Below are positions 40,401 through 47,266 of a DNA stretch of 58,779 bases, piece by piece (position 1 is the stretch's first letter; every line of letters begins with the position of its first letter). The stretch is from positions 1 to 58,779 of the IMG/VR virus record IMGVR_UViG_3300032006_001933; one strand, written 5' to 3'. The stretch comes from a virus. Its lineage: Duplodnaviria; Caudoviricetes. The translations under genes and the position numbers were made by a program. The notes below the pieces were generated by a model. That model searched no databases, was not told where the DNA came from, and saw only the letters and a program-made list of their open reading frames with translations.

Positions 40401-40652
40401 TTCAGTATAAACATCTTTTGCTGATGTTCGTATTGCTCCTATTTTTTTACCAATATAACCTGATTCAATTTTAGGATTGCCACTTAAAATCATTTGATCT
40501 AATGTAGCATTTAAAAACTTTTTATTAGTATCAGATTGAAGATATTCCGGTAATAAATCATACGTAGATCTTTTTGTAGTATTTTTACTTGTAGATCCGG
40601 GTATAGTATTATCTACCTGGTCACTGGTGTTTTTACTAGAATAATCTGCCAT
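28452..40652 (-). CDS. Giant (4066 aa) baseplate wedge-associated structural protein with inserted accessory domains
   Basis: Follows the gp25-like and gp6-like genes; begins with DLLPEYLQSDTNKKFL; contains GTPEVFNRL and YLNEVKPYHSK (wedge-like motifs), GxGY modules, a beta-propeller repeat block and cupredoxin-like inserts. Confidence 0.75.
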   Translation of the reverse strand: MADYSSKNTSDQVDNTIPGSTSKNTTKRSTYDLLPEYLQSDTNKKFLNATLDQMILSGNPKIESGYIGKKIGAIRTSAKDVYTESKTTLNNRYQVDPTVVSQNPSTLEYESAIPYDDIISKLKYLETNTTNLDKLFSDYNYAWKPPINYDMFVNWNSYVWLPFGLPLVGLHGETKAGIEGKRTYTTSAQVIHGNRTLTLENGMRLAFINDTKTYLVTGVGKKITLIDESTLCSVTETSMGLATPTQALGTVDTGTGSVASYSIGTQGTNYVHIPFVNVYDQSGTPSTHAILEADVNNGAVDTTLTITNAGAGYATSGVTLHIMGGQTTRPPYVNANKDVHYMHEYICMEKSARDNNAWSRVNNWYHINTIQAVNTMLNLTKSFKLDGIIVDDDYAQRPIIEWERDLHLYNYGTHFRKPVDIIITEAMDPADAANGFLLSGGSAAAEVHDGYTVQDNDRVLFVNSSSDTYNNKIYKVNTANTGATALTLETDGRGAGPPTHGDVVTSLNGTTLQGQDYWFDGRNGPTAQTSSQTTWRLAQEKGTKNVPVKFELYDTTFQPLSEYNETDFLGNTVFEYLEDKTTADRSEDKFLGFPLTYATTNYLSSTNTSNLMFNNSHQQTMYLYDRGTIPKDILGLYYLRKFDRDISKYDFDNCWEQSYKQIRTPITVTRDITNAEDDFVVDLGTTNFEPERDYNVIATTTGFEFCLKSAYGFEKLSGINPTLYLAKGQTYTFDITNGTTTFQIQDASASAYGTGVTNNNTHSGIVTFAVSETEPNDVLYYSSPSGTGKLIIIDKVLEQRWPEVYHNGVRLTRDTHYIFNGKNVVIPYESSGTDETVSDAGVPVFSPANQTQSTDNLLAVGDIVDVKFYTTDTSATDEWAYDVPNGLKNNPGNEVLGNISYAEIFPHMIDLIDKHPGLKGPAFGNNNYRSLGGESGFGGTINHQISPLLKLGLMLGNENYDLLLALDYTADSYNVFKKKFIQKIEQLYASMDSGTNTSALVDQALYDLNLGKNNTFPFANSDMAYYFNMVEKTYSVTTSTSTFTLPKTITRKNQYHNHVYVYTIDTNDVETFETEFTLDPNANTITLGTAVASGKVVIKVSIDEGLSFIPPTLAKLGVAPTYVPKSYVDDTGSRTVVVIEGHDGSKTVAHDSTITGSGSVLSHTITDYRDKALLELENRIYGHIQSEFNSDDDNIVTYSHSPESKRKDLTLFPGKYRTTPYTITDRNNFYDNYFNAFKIARGITLLPNTGYDANNKFTWNYSADANANGIGYWRGIYKHYFDTDRPHSHPWEMLGFIGKPSWWDTHYEWVNATKRNNMISALQKGIISEPGQTIVQDINVARPSATFPVAVDGTLQDPVTATLMSSPTALEAKASWSIGDSSPIETVWERTSLFPYVENEFLFSINPAKYLEKYYDTKDRITDSGSKAITIDVTTAPKAGNTSGTVFYIDGVQQKKLVLQAGNVYTFNLTDSSYSGHDFQLSEAWEGQVSGQYTTGWDEATDATKPTFSPTSSTPEILYYYDSQGGLYHAQEGGVIEVVSVERKKQFISNKTKKRHNSNELFIHNEVDNNSLSRRILGLQQPIVDRLMFLGNDIYVDFARQQRQLNTKLSYKMQGFSKKSSISMLADSLQSEKSNNFIPNDDLTIKFHNSSPYKEYIYSGVEIIKTSTGYAVYGYHNDKPYFIIQNQLKPTIKQITVSETNIQLHSEFDTGTKRIDYGTEFKSANDVYNFLYAYGKYLENVGFEFHYPNQDGVYEDWTLTAQQFILWSEAEWGDDTSIKLSPAGNLLYFKTAHGHIKSNDYEYGSFYLDVNKSLFDSTTVDVDRQLNYVTVKPKDESRAIYCASFVVCDYEHLLIINNKTIFDDMIYYPILGDAKHRFKIEYLKTPEWNGSLHAPGYLVYGDTIYENFDKTVDNITSSYFASEQTGLNKDSINVARKNIGYEKKQFLRNMRLSEDVQFQFMKGVSHLKGTPEVFNRLTRSTFLLEASVDINLEEEWMFRLGEFGPESKQTTKEFTLKNTDIKANPQLINFGEIYQGQATDFDYDTTISMLGGDGRWLEQPSTNPAVQFSTRPIFDQSIDTLAEIETYEKDLPNAGYPRLEETSYQVFKLEDLPTLYDKYKNDDSSLLYKLLQTPNWKDTYTYAKGYYVRYKGKRYTSTRIINAAAKSFYGIVNAKYTKTHASGNLAELVIEKCVFTVDGITKVTATADPYLYGITGVTARFGEFDFSYYTPSASLSNSTVDPAVAKGADANGDFTYILSFADGQVPAVNVPADDDKMYLSAFNYKTDAEAADSTVLDRWIETGEAGLFNVWTADTGAGDWSTFNLQDDNFGIEQICKGYETGDEALIKLGVDHNLAEGDYVMITGAENNPALNGIHKITGFPTGSDCQTCGLRENKQFYIDEFVGSNEVYGKVFAFRKSRFSDYSAMFASIANTKWNWVTNNYAYCDAYYDVQAQAIGASSAAGSYNPSFAGGTSFTLTSSYELVYPATAGDLDVFVGEFRQKFEPGSGGTKAWEVIGTTIIFYPENLGGTFQAGQPLMIVYKNRTRGWGSFKYDATNRTFVEMNKQQPKADTGQLANVIVYDYEQNKELARAEVWDPFKGIVPGIAEAEIDIISGYDQALYNATTQDTETLTSTRNWGQHEVGISWWNLNTVRYIEYEQPLDLDYTFKHWGEQFPGSSMDIYEWTKSTVAPDEWVTLVEGNYEIDGEIASGEAYTKILSGVTHYYWCEEEALDPQTGQVSTFYYFWVKNKTSVPQTQSHREISTKVIGEYLNDPTAQGLFWAAPGGASNIITGNVGERLTQNSVFQINFTSDIDDSHKEWITIREEDQETTIPNRFANRLHESILGIDENKDLLKVAGIEEDQNYTYTTPTPTGAGLFTFVKASAALTSDDSDVRDVKFNTDGTKMFMLGRANDKVYEYSVSTAFDVSTITYAQSLDVSGQDVSSNSIEFNTDGTILIMLGQNNDKVYEYALSTGFDLSTASYTDSFDISTQELQPYGLAFNNDGTKMYVTGWAGDDINEYTLTTGFDVSTATYSQNFDVSSQAGKPSAVQFQSDGTTMYVLNGSGAPTIFKYTLSTAFDVSTASYSNKSFEVTNEETKPRGFCFNNNGLQMFLCGWHGDDINEYTVHGASTTYSAKKYNYDWNQKLEYMANDVVKSSTKLYKTHKELPLVKTNTKLSIDNQTTTIQLRIGEKAGELTFPASVEIGTPPAESNTYGLPYENVVAYAYANIVSGKVDSIVMNRPGQGYNSATPPTVTISAPTSEGGIQATVIDSDITIVNGEITAIAMDSTRKGSGYESSYAVIDEGESNEEILELKYYDRFATRRFNADVNMLTNGDFEQKTTAFWSTKLGTIDPTGKVATVAIYGGGTGYSSGIAATTGGSGTGLTLDITQINGVIQSATVQTGGGGYTVGDVVSVLGGTDGTFTIATVNSSAVVYGLASGVYTGASQNATHYVGQRSLKNANLAGGTILQNIQYQGKALFKTNTSLDSVKLKYGHSATDVDFDAMTAVTLTPAVSSEKTSLGTTLVYSVQGEFVSSTDDYHAMWLEIEVPDSNGFIMHIDSMEFTNPAVGDRIIVGRAAQSTTAVAHDQYATFKELGNFNRQRWQELLTYNWIDDRNISVDSPNMVPNLRLHNIFRYGGQIRPYKQSWIKSRVAAIRALIQNANKNLLKINLSDSYLNWKKHLGQSFAKGNSTFAPQDYWKYVDWFHPDFTISSSSVAQYTVGARNELYDVNEDVYSVVRVDSDDADGNWAFYQWVDDNWFKIGKQNGTIELSSLLYDVQDIDAGWDAAEYDIGGWDKNYTNELQAILKGLHEDIFIDTYKQYYKELFFTVIHFIYAEQTNLDWVAKTTFLQLQRKTPGALTPKTFDVGSEEDILAYLNEVKPYHSKIETVFDSRTFEEEINASADEVVDIRVQTNTSGSTETANSRAFRMFIDNTGTRIYETMIDANKTTTTEVLDSKETEISVTSITPLPTAPGEVVIGAERIRYETTNTGVLQGCTRGVAGTAAATHASGVTVTSAGPTVALPVDPDPEAYNAFNDDGTTTIQSSTNTQAALINVGKGTI
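31268..31975 (-). repeat. Five tandem repeats of about 49 aa (beta-propeller blades) inside the giant protein
   Basis: FNTDGTKMFMLG, FNTDGTILIMLG, FNNDGTKMYVTG, FQSDGTTMYVLN and FNNNGLQMFLCG. The first four are followed by (E/K)Y..(S/T)T.FD.ST; the fifth ends at EYTV. Confidence 0.85.
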
Positions 40653-40664
40653 TTATTTTCCTAA

Positions 40665-43600
40665 TTAATAATAATTACTTCCGCCTGAACTAGAACTAGA
40701 ACCTGTACCTGTTGCGACTCCTGTAATACTTGTTGTTGCTGTTGGAGTTTCAACAAGTCCTGCGGCAATTCTCATATTTGTCTCAGTATATGAATCGACT
40801 ATATCAACATCTGATACCTTTGCGGCACTAACAAAAAGTTCATGAGCATTAGGTGTAACCTGAAACATATTACCAAACCTAGAATCTGCATTTGTTGGGA
40901 CAATTACTAATGAAGAAATTATACCTATCATATTTCTATGAATAAATGCGGCAAGTTCTGTAAAATAAAATGTTTCGCCAAAATCCCAATTATCAGGTTC
41001 AAAATAATCATCAACATAATCTACTATTGTTGCTTTTATTTCATTATCGGTTAAGTTTGTTATTGGATTTTTAACCACTTTAAATTTTGCTTGTAATGCA
41101 TAATCCGCTTCTGTACCAAATAAAATTTTATATTCACAAGATTTATAAATTATTGTATCAGAAGATGTTTTTGCATCTTCTAATGCTATAAACATTGTTT
41201 TTAAATCTTCTGTAGTATGTGGCAATGGCTTATATTTTGCTCGTCTATCATTTTTCAGCCAATTTCTAAACTCAGTATTATATGTATTTGTTAATACGAA
41301 AGTATCTATAATATTTGTAACCGCTGGATCAATTCGTGTTTCTTCACTAGCGGCATGCTTCCATTTAAATCGTACTCCCGATCTACCTGTATATTTTGCA
41401 TAAATCAAATCTCTAATATAAGACCATTTAGATGTATCAGTCGGTAAAACACCCAAGTTACCTGTAACTTTAGATTGATATTCTGCACCATTATATTCTA
41501 TTTTATCAGCTAATTCATAAGACGTAGACGATACCCAATATTTTATAGAACCATCTGCATTTGTCGGAGGCGGAGTAGCCATTAATGTTTTATATACATA
41601 ATTGTCTACTAATTCATCTGCAACATAAATTTCATTTGATCCTACAATACTATCAAAAGCAAACGGATCGTCAATAACAAAATCTTTATTAGTATCTGCA
41701 AATTTTAATAATACTCTGCGTGGGTCTGTATAACCATCGTCATATGTATAAAATCCTTCAATATCAAAATCATAATTTGCAGTTAATAATGATGTACCTA
41801 ATCCTCCACCAACAGTTGTGAGCGGTTGTAAATTAATATCTAATATTCTAATTTCGTCCTTTGTAGATTTTTTTGTAATTTTACTAACTTTATTATCTAA
41901 TCGTTGGTTAAAAAATCTAACATTTTTTATTGAGCCAAAATTATATTTTATAGCCCTTGCCAAAAACACCCATTGTTCTGTTTGGAATTCTACTCTCATT
42001 AAATAACTATTATCCGATTGTGTTCCTGCGGTACTTTCAGTTAGACTAAAAGCAGTAGATTCTGATTCTCCTAAATCGATACCTAATATAACTTCATATT
42101 TGTTATTTCTATGATCCCATCGTATACCAAATGAATTATTAAGTTCTAATTGATCTTTAATTGCTGTAATTTCAGTTGCACTAAATTTATTATTATATGC
42201 AGGTGCTATACGTTTTATTCTAACATTATTTGGTATATTTCTTGATAATGATACAGTACCATATTCTTCTTTAGTTTTACCTGTGTAACCTAATGCAGAA
42301 CTTGTAACTCCTCTACCATCTCCATATATTCCAGTTATACTTGCCCAAGTAGTTGACGATCCTGTTACAAAATTACCGTTAGTATCCACTTCTGCGAATT
42401 CTATATTTGCACCTTCAACTAAAAATTTACCTATTGAATCCGACGAATCTTTACCTATAGCAACTATATCAGGAGTAGTAGCACCTTTTTCAAAATAACC
42501 AGTTGCTTGTCTAGCAGAACCTGTTACTTTTTTCCAAGTCCACATTTTTGCGGCTAATGCAGGAGTTGCTTCGTCTGACGTTGTAAAATGTAAATCATCT
42601 CCTGTTGTACTACCTGACCAAACAAAATCATTTTTATATTTTTGATAATAAAAGTTTTGTACTTCAGATTCTTCTAAATATGGTTGTAAGTATTGCTCAA
42701 TAATATCTGTTGGATTTAACGGAGTAGGTAATGTTAATGTTTTTCGTAAAAATGTTTCTTCTTTAAAAATATATCCATCATCACCAAAAATAGTTAAATC
42801 TTTATATGTTCCTGTCGGGTCGTTAATATCAACATAACGTGTATGACCACTATGTACTCTATTTGTACTTTTAATTTTTGTAATATTTGTAGATGCTTGC
42901 AATGGATAAACTGCATAATCTTGTGCTGATACCATTCTATTTTGAGTACTGTACACCTGTGGTGCTTTAGATTGTATACTAGTATTTGATTCTGTTAAGG
43001 AACTATTTTTTATAGGTTCTTCTAAATCTAGTGTAACAACTAAATCATATAATTGCAAATCATGCTTACTAAAATAAGGTACAGTAATTTCTATATCTCG
43101 AATATCGTCAGCTCTAATTGTATATTCTTCACCATTTCCTACTCTATACCAAATACGTATAATACCTTTAGGTGCATTACCAAATCTACCATCAGCAAAT
43201 TTAACACTAATTGCATCTTCTGCATTAGTAACTACTTGAAAAATATCTCGAATATTATTATCGACTGCATTAAAAATAACATTTGATCCTACTACTGTAT
43301 CTACTGGAGTCCACGTTGTTACTATTTGTCCTGTTTGATCAATAGTTTGAACCCATACATCATCATTAACAATATTTGATGTTGTTATATCTATAACTTG
43401 ATTTTCAATTGGTCTTGAAATTAACGTGTCTTTAAATTCTATAGAACCTTGCTTAAAATAAAAGAAAAATCCTGTTTTAGCACTAGCATTCCCTTTTCCA
43501 TCATTAAGGTACAAACATCGCATAGCAGAATTAGGATCTGGATATGGTTCAAATAAACCTAATGTTCCATCCACATCAACATTTGTTATTTCAAATGGTA

Positions 43601-44222
43601 TAGATTCTCCTTGCACATTACCAGCAAAAGTATGAGTCACATTTTGTTGTGTTTGCGAATTCATTTTATAAATTTCAGTTTTAACACCATCTATTGTTGC
43701 CGCTTTAAACGGGGTACCAAATTGTGTCGTACTGCCAAATGCAGAATTCATTATCATTAAAAATTGTTCATATGCATTTGCATTTGTAGAATCATTCCAA
43801 GTAATATCAGTGTTCAGTAAATTATTACCATCCGAATCAATTAATGCTTCTGTTGTTCTTATTGTTTTAATTTTTAACACACCACTTGAATTTATACTTC
43901 TAGTAGGATTATATCCGAGGAACCTGGCTAATCTTAATATCGAATCTCTACTTTGAGCAGTTTCCATAAAATTTTCACGAGTAGCAAAATCTGTTCTAAA
44001 CGCTAAATTATGGCCCATAAAGGCTATTAAATCCATCAAACTAATAAATTCAGATGATTGGATCCAATCATTATAATCTTCTGGGTAGTTTAATCTTATA
44101 TAATCTACCATTGCCGCTTTTAAAGTATCAAAATCATATGCTTGAAAATTAGATTGAGCAAATGATTGGTATTTTGCTATATAATCTTCTGCGGCAAATA
44201 AAACATCTTGTCGTGTAGCCAT
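40665..44222 (-). CDS. Baseplate wedge subunit (T4 gp6-like N-terminus)
   Basis: YDFDTLKAAMVDYI...ISLMDLIAFMG...ENFMETAQSRDSILRLARFLGYNP, VKFADGRFGNAPKG, QNRMVSAQDY and NWDFGETFY. Confidence 0.85.
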   Translation of the reverse strand: MATRQDVLFAAEDYIAKYQSFAQSNFQAYDFDTLKAAMVDYIRLNYPEDYNDWIQSSEFISLMDLIAFMGHNLAFRTDFATRENFMETAQSRDSILRLARFLGYNPTRSINSSGVLKIKTIRTTEALIDSDGNNLLNTDITWNDSTNANAYEQFLMIMNSAFGSTTQFGTPFKAATIDGVKTEIYKMNSQTQQNVTHTFAGNVQGESIPFEITNVDVDGTLGLFEPYPDPNSAMRCLYLNDGKGNASAKTGFFFYFKQGSIEFKDTLISRPIENQVIDITTSNIVNDDVWVQTIDQTGQIVTTWTPVDTVVGSNVIFNAVDNNIRDIFQVVTNAEDAISVKFADGRFGNAPKGIIRIWYRVGNGEEYTIRADDIRDIEITVPYFSKHDLQLYDLVVTLDLEEPIKNSSLTESNTSIQSKAPQVYSTQNRMVSAQDYAVYPLQASTNITKIKSTNRVHSGHTRYVDINDPTGTYKDLTIFGDDGYIFKEETFLRKTLTLPTPLNPTDIIEQYLQPYLEESEVQNFYYQKYKNDFVWSGSTTGDDLHFTTSDEATPALAAKMWTWKKVTGSARQATGYFEKGATTPDIVAIGKDSSDSIGKFLVEGANIEFAEVDTNGNFVTGSSTTWASITGIYGDGRGVTSSALGYTGKTKEEYGTVSLSRNIPNNVRIKRIAPAYNNKFSATEITAIKDQLELNNSFGIRWDHRNNKYEVILGIDLGESESTAFSLTESTAGTQSDNSYLMRVEFQTEQWVFLARAIKYNFGSIKNVRFFNQRLDNKVSKITKKSTKDEIRILDINLQPLTTVGGGLGTSLLTANYDFDIEGFYTYDDGYTDPRRVLLKFADTNKDFVIDDPFAFDSIVGSNEIYVADELVDNYVYKTLMATPPPTNADGSIKYWVSSTSYELADKIEYNGAEYQSKVTGNLGVLPTDTSKWSYIRDLIYAKYTGRSGVRFKWKHAASEETRIDPAVTNIIDTFVLTNTYNTEFRNWLKNDRRAKYKPLPHTTEDLKTMFIALEDAKTSSDTIIYKSCEYKILFGTEADYALQAKFKVVKNPITNLTDNEIKATIVDYVDDYFEPDNWDFGETFYFTELAAFIHRNMIGIISSLVIVPTNADSRFGNMFQVTPNAHELFVSAAKVSDVDIVDSYTETNMRIAAGLVETPTATTSITGVATGTGSSSSSGGSNYY

Positions 44223-44225
44223 TTG

Positions 44226-44600
44226 TTATATTTCCTCGTCTATTTCACGGTCGAATTGTAACGCCATAACTTCTAATTGGTCTGTGGGTTGATAAAAAAG
44301 GCTTAATTTAACACTTAAAGCATTATTATTAGAATAAGTCTCTACGCCTTCTAGCCTCCATCTTGGATCTTTTCCTACAATATCTATGCAATCTTCTTTA
44401 ACTGCTTCTTCGGTTGAATCATTCCATGGTTCAAACATTAGTTGCCAAATCATAGAACCAAATGAAGGATTCATTACTCGCTCACCTCGTTTAGTATGGA
44501 AGTGATTTTTTAAATCCTGTTTTGCTAATTCTATATCATGTAATTTTCTAGTTTTTGGTCCTTGAACTGTCGAAAATCCTTTAAATAATGTTTTTGCCAT
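44226..44600 (-). CDS. gp25: Baseplate wedge subunit, GPW/gp25 family
   Basis: DIELAKQDLKNHFHTKRGERVMNPSFGSMIWQLMFEP...DPR. Confidence 0.9.
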   Translation of the reverse strand: MAKTLFKGFSTVQGPKTRKLHDIELAKQDLKNHFHTKRGERVMNPSFGSMIWQLMFEPWNDSTEEAVKEDCIDIVGKDPRWRLEGVETYSNNNALSVKLSLFYQPTDQLEVMALQFDREIDEEI

Positions 44601-44623
44601 GGCATCCTTAATAGATTATATTG

Positions 44624-44630
44624 TATTTAT
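44624..44630 (-). promoter_or_regulatory. Candidate late promoter (ATAAATA) heading the baseplate operon
   Basis: ATAAATA 23 nt upstream of the gp25-like ATG; weak on its own in AT-rich DNA. Confidence 0.45.
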
Positions 44631-44663
44631 TGAAAAAATTATATACACATTTAATTTTTTTGG

Positions 44664-44691
44664 TTGACATTTGATCTGTAGAGTGTATAAT
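44664..44691 (+). promoter_or_regulatory. Sigma70-type early promoter
   Basis: TTGACA (44664-44669), 16-nt spacer, TATAAT (44686-44691); T-rich UP-like tract upstream; RBS AGGAGA before the ATG at 44737. Confidence 0.85.
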
Positions 44692-44736
44692 AGTTGTATA
44701 GGTTAAATTAGTTAAACACTTACTTAGGAGACAAGT

Positions 44737-45306
44737 ATGCCAATTGAAAGTGGTTACAAAAGTTGGACTAAAAGTAAGATCGTTGAACTCCTCGAAAATA
44801 ATAACAAGGCTGTAGAACGTGCCTTAATAGTCATTTTCAATAATCAAGAGCTTGATGAACAGAGCTCAGATTCCACTCACAAAGCCAATGGTATTGGGTT
44901 TACTGCATTTGATGCAGAAATCCTTTCTTCCTTTGCAAAACATATCCTTAAAGGGCGTTCACTTTCCGTTAAGCAAATGGCAATCGCTCGTAAGCAGGAT
45001 AAATTTGGTAATATGAAAATTGCCAAATACTGGAAACAGTTACAAGCAGAAATAGTTCGTAAAGAGAGCGAAACTCAATTTACATACGACGACGATACAT
45101 ATTCCGACCATTTTAAAGACGCAAATGGTTTTAGACCACGTGGTATTTTGTGGGATAACTTTATGGCAAAAAGTCCTGCAGAAAAGCAAAAGGAGTGGGA
45201 CTATTTGCAGGAAAAAATTATTGAAGATATTGCTCGTGAAAAAAGGTTTAATCACTGTCTACAAAAAGAAGTAGACAATTTTGTTAATTATTCTTATAGG
45301 AAGTAA
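44737..45306 (+). CDS. Early phage hypothetical protein, apparently two-domain
   Basis: First gene behind the consensus promoter; AVERALIVIFNNQ...NGIGF...DAEILSSFA followed by a YSDHFKDANGFRPRG segment. Confidence 0.8.
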   Translation: MPIESGYKSWTKSKIVELLENNNKAVERALIVIFNNQELDEQSSDSTHKANGIGFTAFDAEILSSFAKHILKGRSLSVKQMAIARKQDKFGNMKIAKYWKQLQAEIVRKESETQFTYDDDTYSDHFKDANGFRPRGILWDNFMAKSPAEKQKEWDYLQEKIIEDIAREKRFNHCLQKEVDNFVNYSYRK

Positions 45307-45307
45307 T

Positions 45308-45559
45308 ATGAATGATTTTGAACGTGGTAAACGAGATGGCATGCGAGAAACACTTAATGAAGAACTAAAAAATTCTGCCATGCGGATAGCAGTTCTTGAA
45401 GAGGATCTCGAAAGAGAGCGTAATAAAAAGTGGAGTATTGTTCGCAAATTACGCCTTGTTGAAATGGAAGGTTATGAAATTGATATGATTTTAGATGATA
45501 ACGAAGCAATAACACTCCATGATAAGATAGAACGAATCAAAGAAGGATTTACCTTATAA
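45308..45559 (+). CDS. Small hypothetical protein
   Basis: MNDFERGKRDG...; ATG 1 nt after the previous stop; charged and helical. Confidence 0.7.
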   Translation: MNDFERGKRDGMRETLNEELKNSAMRIAVLEEDLERERNKKWSIVRKLRLVEMEGYEIDMILDDNEAITLHDKIERIKEGFTL

Positions 45560-45563
45560 ACAG

Positions 45564-45570
45564 ATAAATA
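45564..45570 (+). promoter_or_regulatory. Candidate late promoter (ATAAATA)
   Basis: In the short intergenic gap 26 nt before the MKINE gene, followed by RBS-like AAGGTG. Confidence 0.45.
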
Positions 45571-45596
45571 ATTTTAAACAGTTTTAAGGTGTTTAA

Positions 45597-46499
45597 ATGA
45601 AAATTAATGAAGTATGCAAACGTATAAATGAAGTGATAAACTTTAGTAAAATGTCAGATGCTAAATTAAAGAGATTTATTGCTAGTTTTGATCCTGACGA
45701 ACGGATGGGGCAAGTTGCAGGAATGCAATTAAAAGCCGCTAGAAAAGAAGCCAGGAAACGAGGAATATTAAATGAAGCATGTGATGCAAATCAATGTGTA
45801 GTCCAAATGGGAACACAACGAGGTTTTAAATCAGGACAAGTAGATCCAAAACTTGCTGATGCTAGTGATGCTAGAGATGACGAGGTGTACGATTGGGAAG
45901 GAGCATTATCAGACAAGGATTTTGATACATATGATCGTACAAAAATGAAAACATATAGGGACACCGGTAGTAAATGGCAAGCTCATTTAGCAGGAAAAAA
46001 ACAATTAAATATGTCTGCCAAGCCCAGAACATTAATGCAAGCGGTTGGCGAAGCATCCCCTGATCTTCCATCATCAAACTTTAAGCATACTGAAGAATAT
46101 AGTATTGAATTCGGAAAAGAAATAGATTTTGCTAGATGGATTGCCCAGCAATTAGAAATAATGGGCGTCACACAAGAACAAGCAGAACGATTATATAAAG
46201 CCTCAAAAGAAGGCGATTATAATTGGGTTCATAGATTTGGTGCAAGTCCCAAACTTAAAGCACTTGTTGGTCATAATATTGGTACTGCAATGACAAGTAA
46301 TGCAGTAGCAATTCACAATGGTATGGGTCTACATGCAGGTATATTAAAAATAAGACCAAAGCAAAATAGACCTCCATCCCGCATTCCAGACGATTTACAA
46401 CCAGGTGGGCATGATACAGATGAATATCTTAGAAGTAGAGATGAAAGACAAGCCCAGCAATACCGTGATCCAGATATGAACTGGAGTGCATTTCGTTAA
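45597..46499 (+). CDS. Hypothetical protein, possible internal head protein
   Basis: Starts MKINEVCKRINEV and has a further ILNEA; (I/L)xE sites resemble T4 gp21 prohead-protease sites; late-promoter-like box upstream. Confidence 0.6.
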   Translation: MKINEVCKRINEVINFSKMSDAKLKRFIASFDPDERMGQVAGMQLKAARKEARKRGILNEACDANQCVVQMGTQRGFKSGQVDPKLADASDARDDEVYDWEGALSDKDFDTYDRTKMKTYRDTGSKWQAHLAGKKQLNMSAKPRTLMQAVGEASPDLPSSNFKHTEEYSIEFGKEIDFARWIAQQLEIMGVTQEQAERLYKASKEGDYNWVHRFGASPKLKALVGHNIGTAMTSNAVAIHNGMGLHAGILKIRPKQNRPPSRIPDDLQPGGHDTDEYLRSRDERQAQQYRDPDMNWSAFR

Positions 46500-46520
46500 T
46501 TAAATTATAACAAACTATAT

Positions 46521-46733
46521 ATGAGTTATGAAATAATAGATCGATTACGAGTTGTTTTTGAAAAACAAGAAACTCGCATCCACGAACTCGTGGGTAAATG
46601 CGATGAACTAGAACAGGAAAACGATAAACTTCACAAAGAACTTGAAGATTATGTTTTCTCTACTACTAACTATGAAAAATCAAGGTGGCATGATTCAAGT
46701 AGAGCTCAACGGGAATTTGATGGAGAATTTTGA
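46521..46733 (+). CDS. Small coiled-coil hypothetical protein
   Basis: 70 aa with a heptad-like segment RIHELVGKCDELEQENDKLHKEL. Confidence 0.65.
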   Translation: MSYEIIDRLRVVFEKQETRIHELVGKCDELEQENDKLHKELEDYVFSTTNYEKSRWHDSSRAQREFDGEF

Positions 46734-47082
46734 CTGGGCAAATAAATGGCATAAAGCATTTAAAAATATAGAAAACCATGGACCAGAATTAACAACTATT
46801 CGAGTTTATAAAAATATAGTTTGTCGAGACGGTTTTAATTTTTCTCTCCAAGCAGGTCCTTCACATTATTCCGAACCAAAAGCAATAGCAGACAAATACG
46901 AAGCATGGGAAATAGGATTTCCTTCAGACGAAGAACCTTTATGGATGGAATGGCAAGAGCCAGGTAATATTCCAACTGAAAGTGTATATGGTTGGGTACC
47001 TAATAATGTTGTTAATGCGGTAATTCAAAGACATGGCGGTATAGATGAACGAGAGTTCATTACAGCCAAGCTCTTAAAATAA
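46720..47082 (+). CDS. Phage hypothetical protein
   Basis: Likely start MENFDW at 46720; IVCRDGFNFSLQAG..HYSEP...EIGFPS...PTESVYGWVP...HGGI. Confidence 0.75.
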   Translation: MENFDWANKWHKAFKNIENHGPELTTIRVYKNIVCRDGFNFSLQAGPSHYSEPKAIADKYEAWEIGFPSDEEPLWMEWQEPGNIPTESVYGWVPNNVVNAVIQRHGGIDEREFITAKLLK

Positions 47083-47090
47083 ATACATTT

Positions 47091-47252
47091 ATGAAACCGC
47101 ATATTGAAGATCATCTTGATGAGCGCCAAGAACTTGAACAAGAACGAGATTATTATAAAGAACAATATGAAGCAGTTCAGAAAGAACTTGACGAGGTTAA
47201 GATAGAATTAGATAGAATAAACAAAATTTATTTTAAAGACGGTCACTATTAA
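47091..47252 (+). CDS. 53-aa coiled-coil hypothetical protein (below the ORF-track cutoff)
   Basis: MKPHIEDHLDERQELEQERDYYKEQYEAVQKELDEVKIELDRINKIYFKDGHY; fills the gap between its neighbours. Confidence 0.65.
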   Translation: MKPHIEDHLDERQELEQERDYYKEQYEAVQKELDEVKIELDRINKIYFKDGHY

Positions 47253-47266
47253 TTCAGAAACTATTT

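Noticed and set aside
381-43286. Many short plus-strand ORFs and off-frame ORFs in the track (for example 2734-3129, 15962-16447, 23016-23357)
   Set aside because: They are antisense or off-frame shadows of long motif-bearing genes, with no RBS or recognisable domains.
44633-44660. AT-only inverted repeat (AAAAAATTA...TAATTTTTT) between divergent promoters as a terminator or operator
   Set aside because: Entirely A/T and expected by chance at this composition; more simply an UP-element tract.
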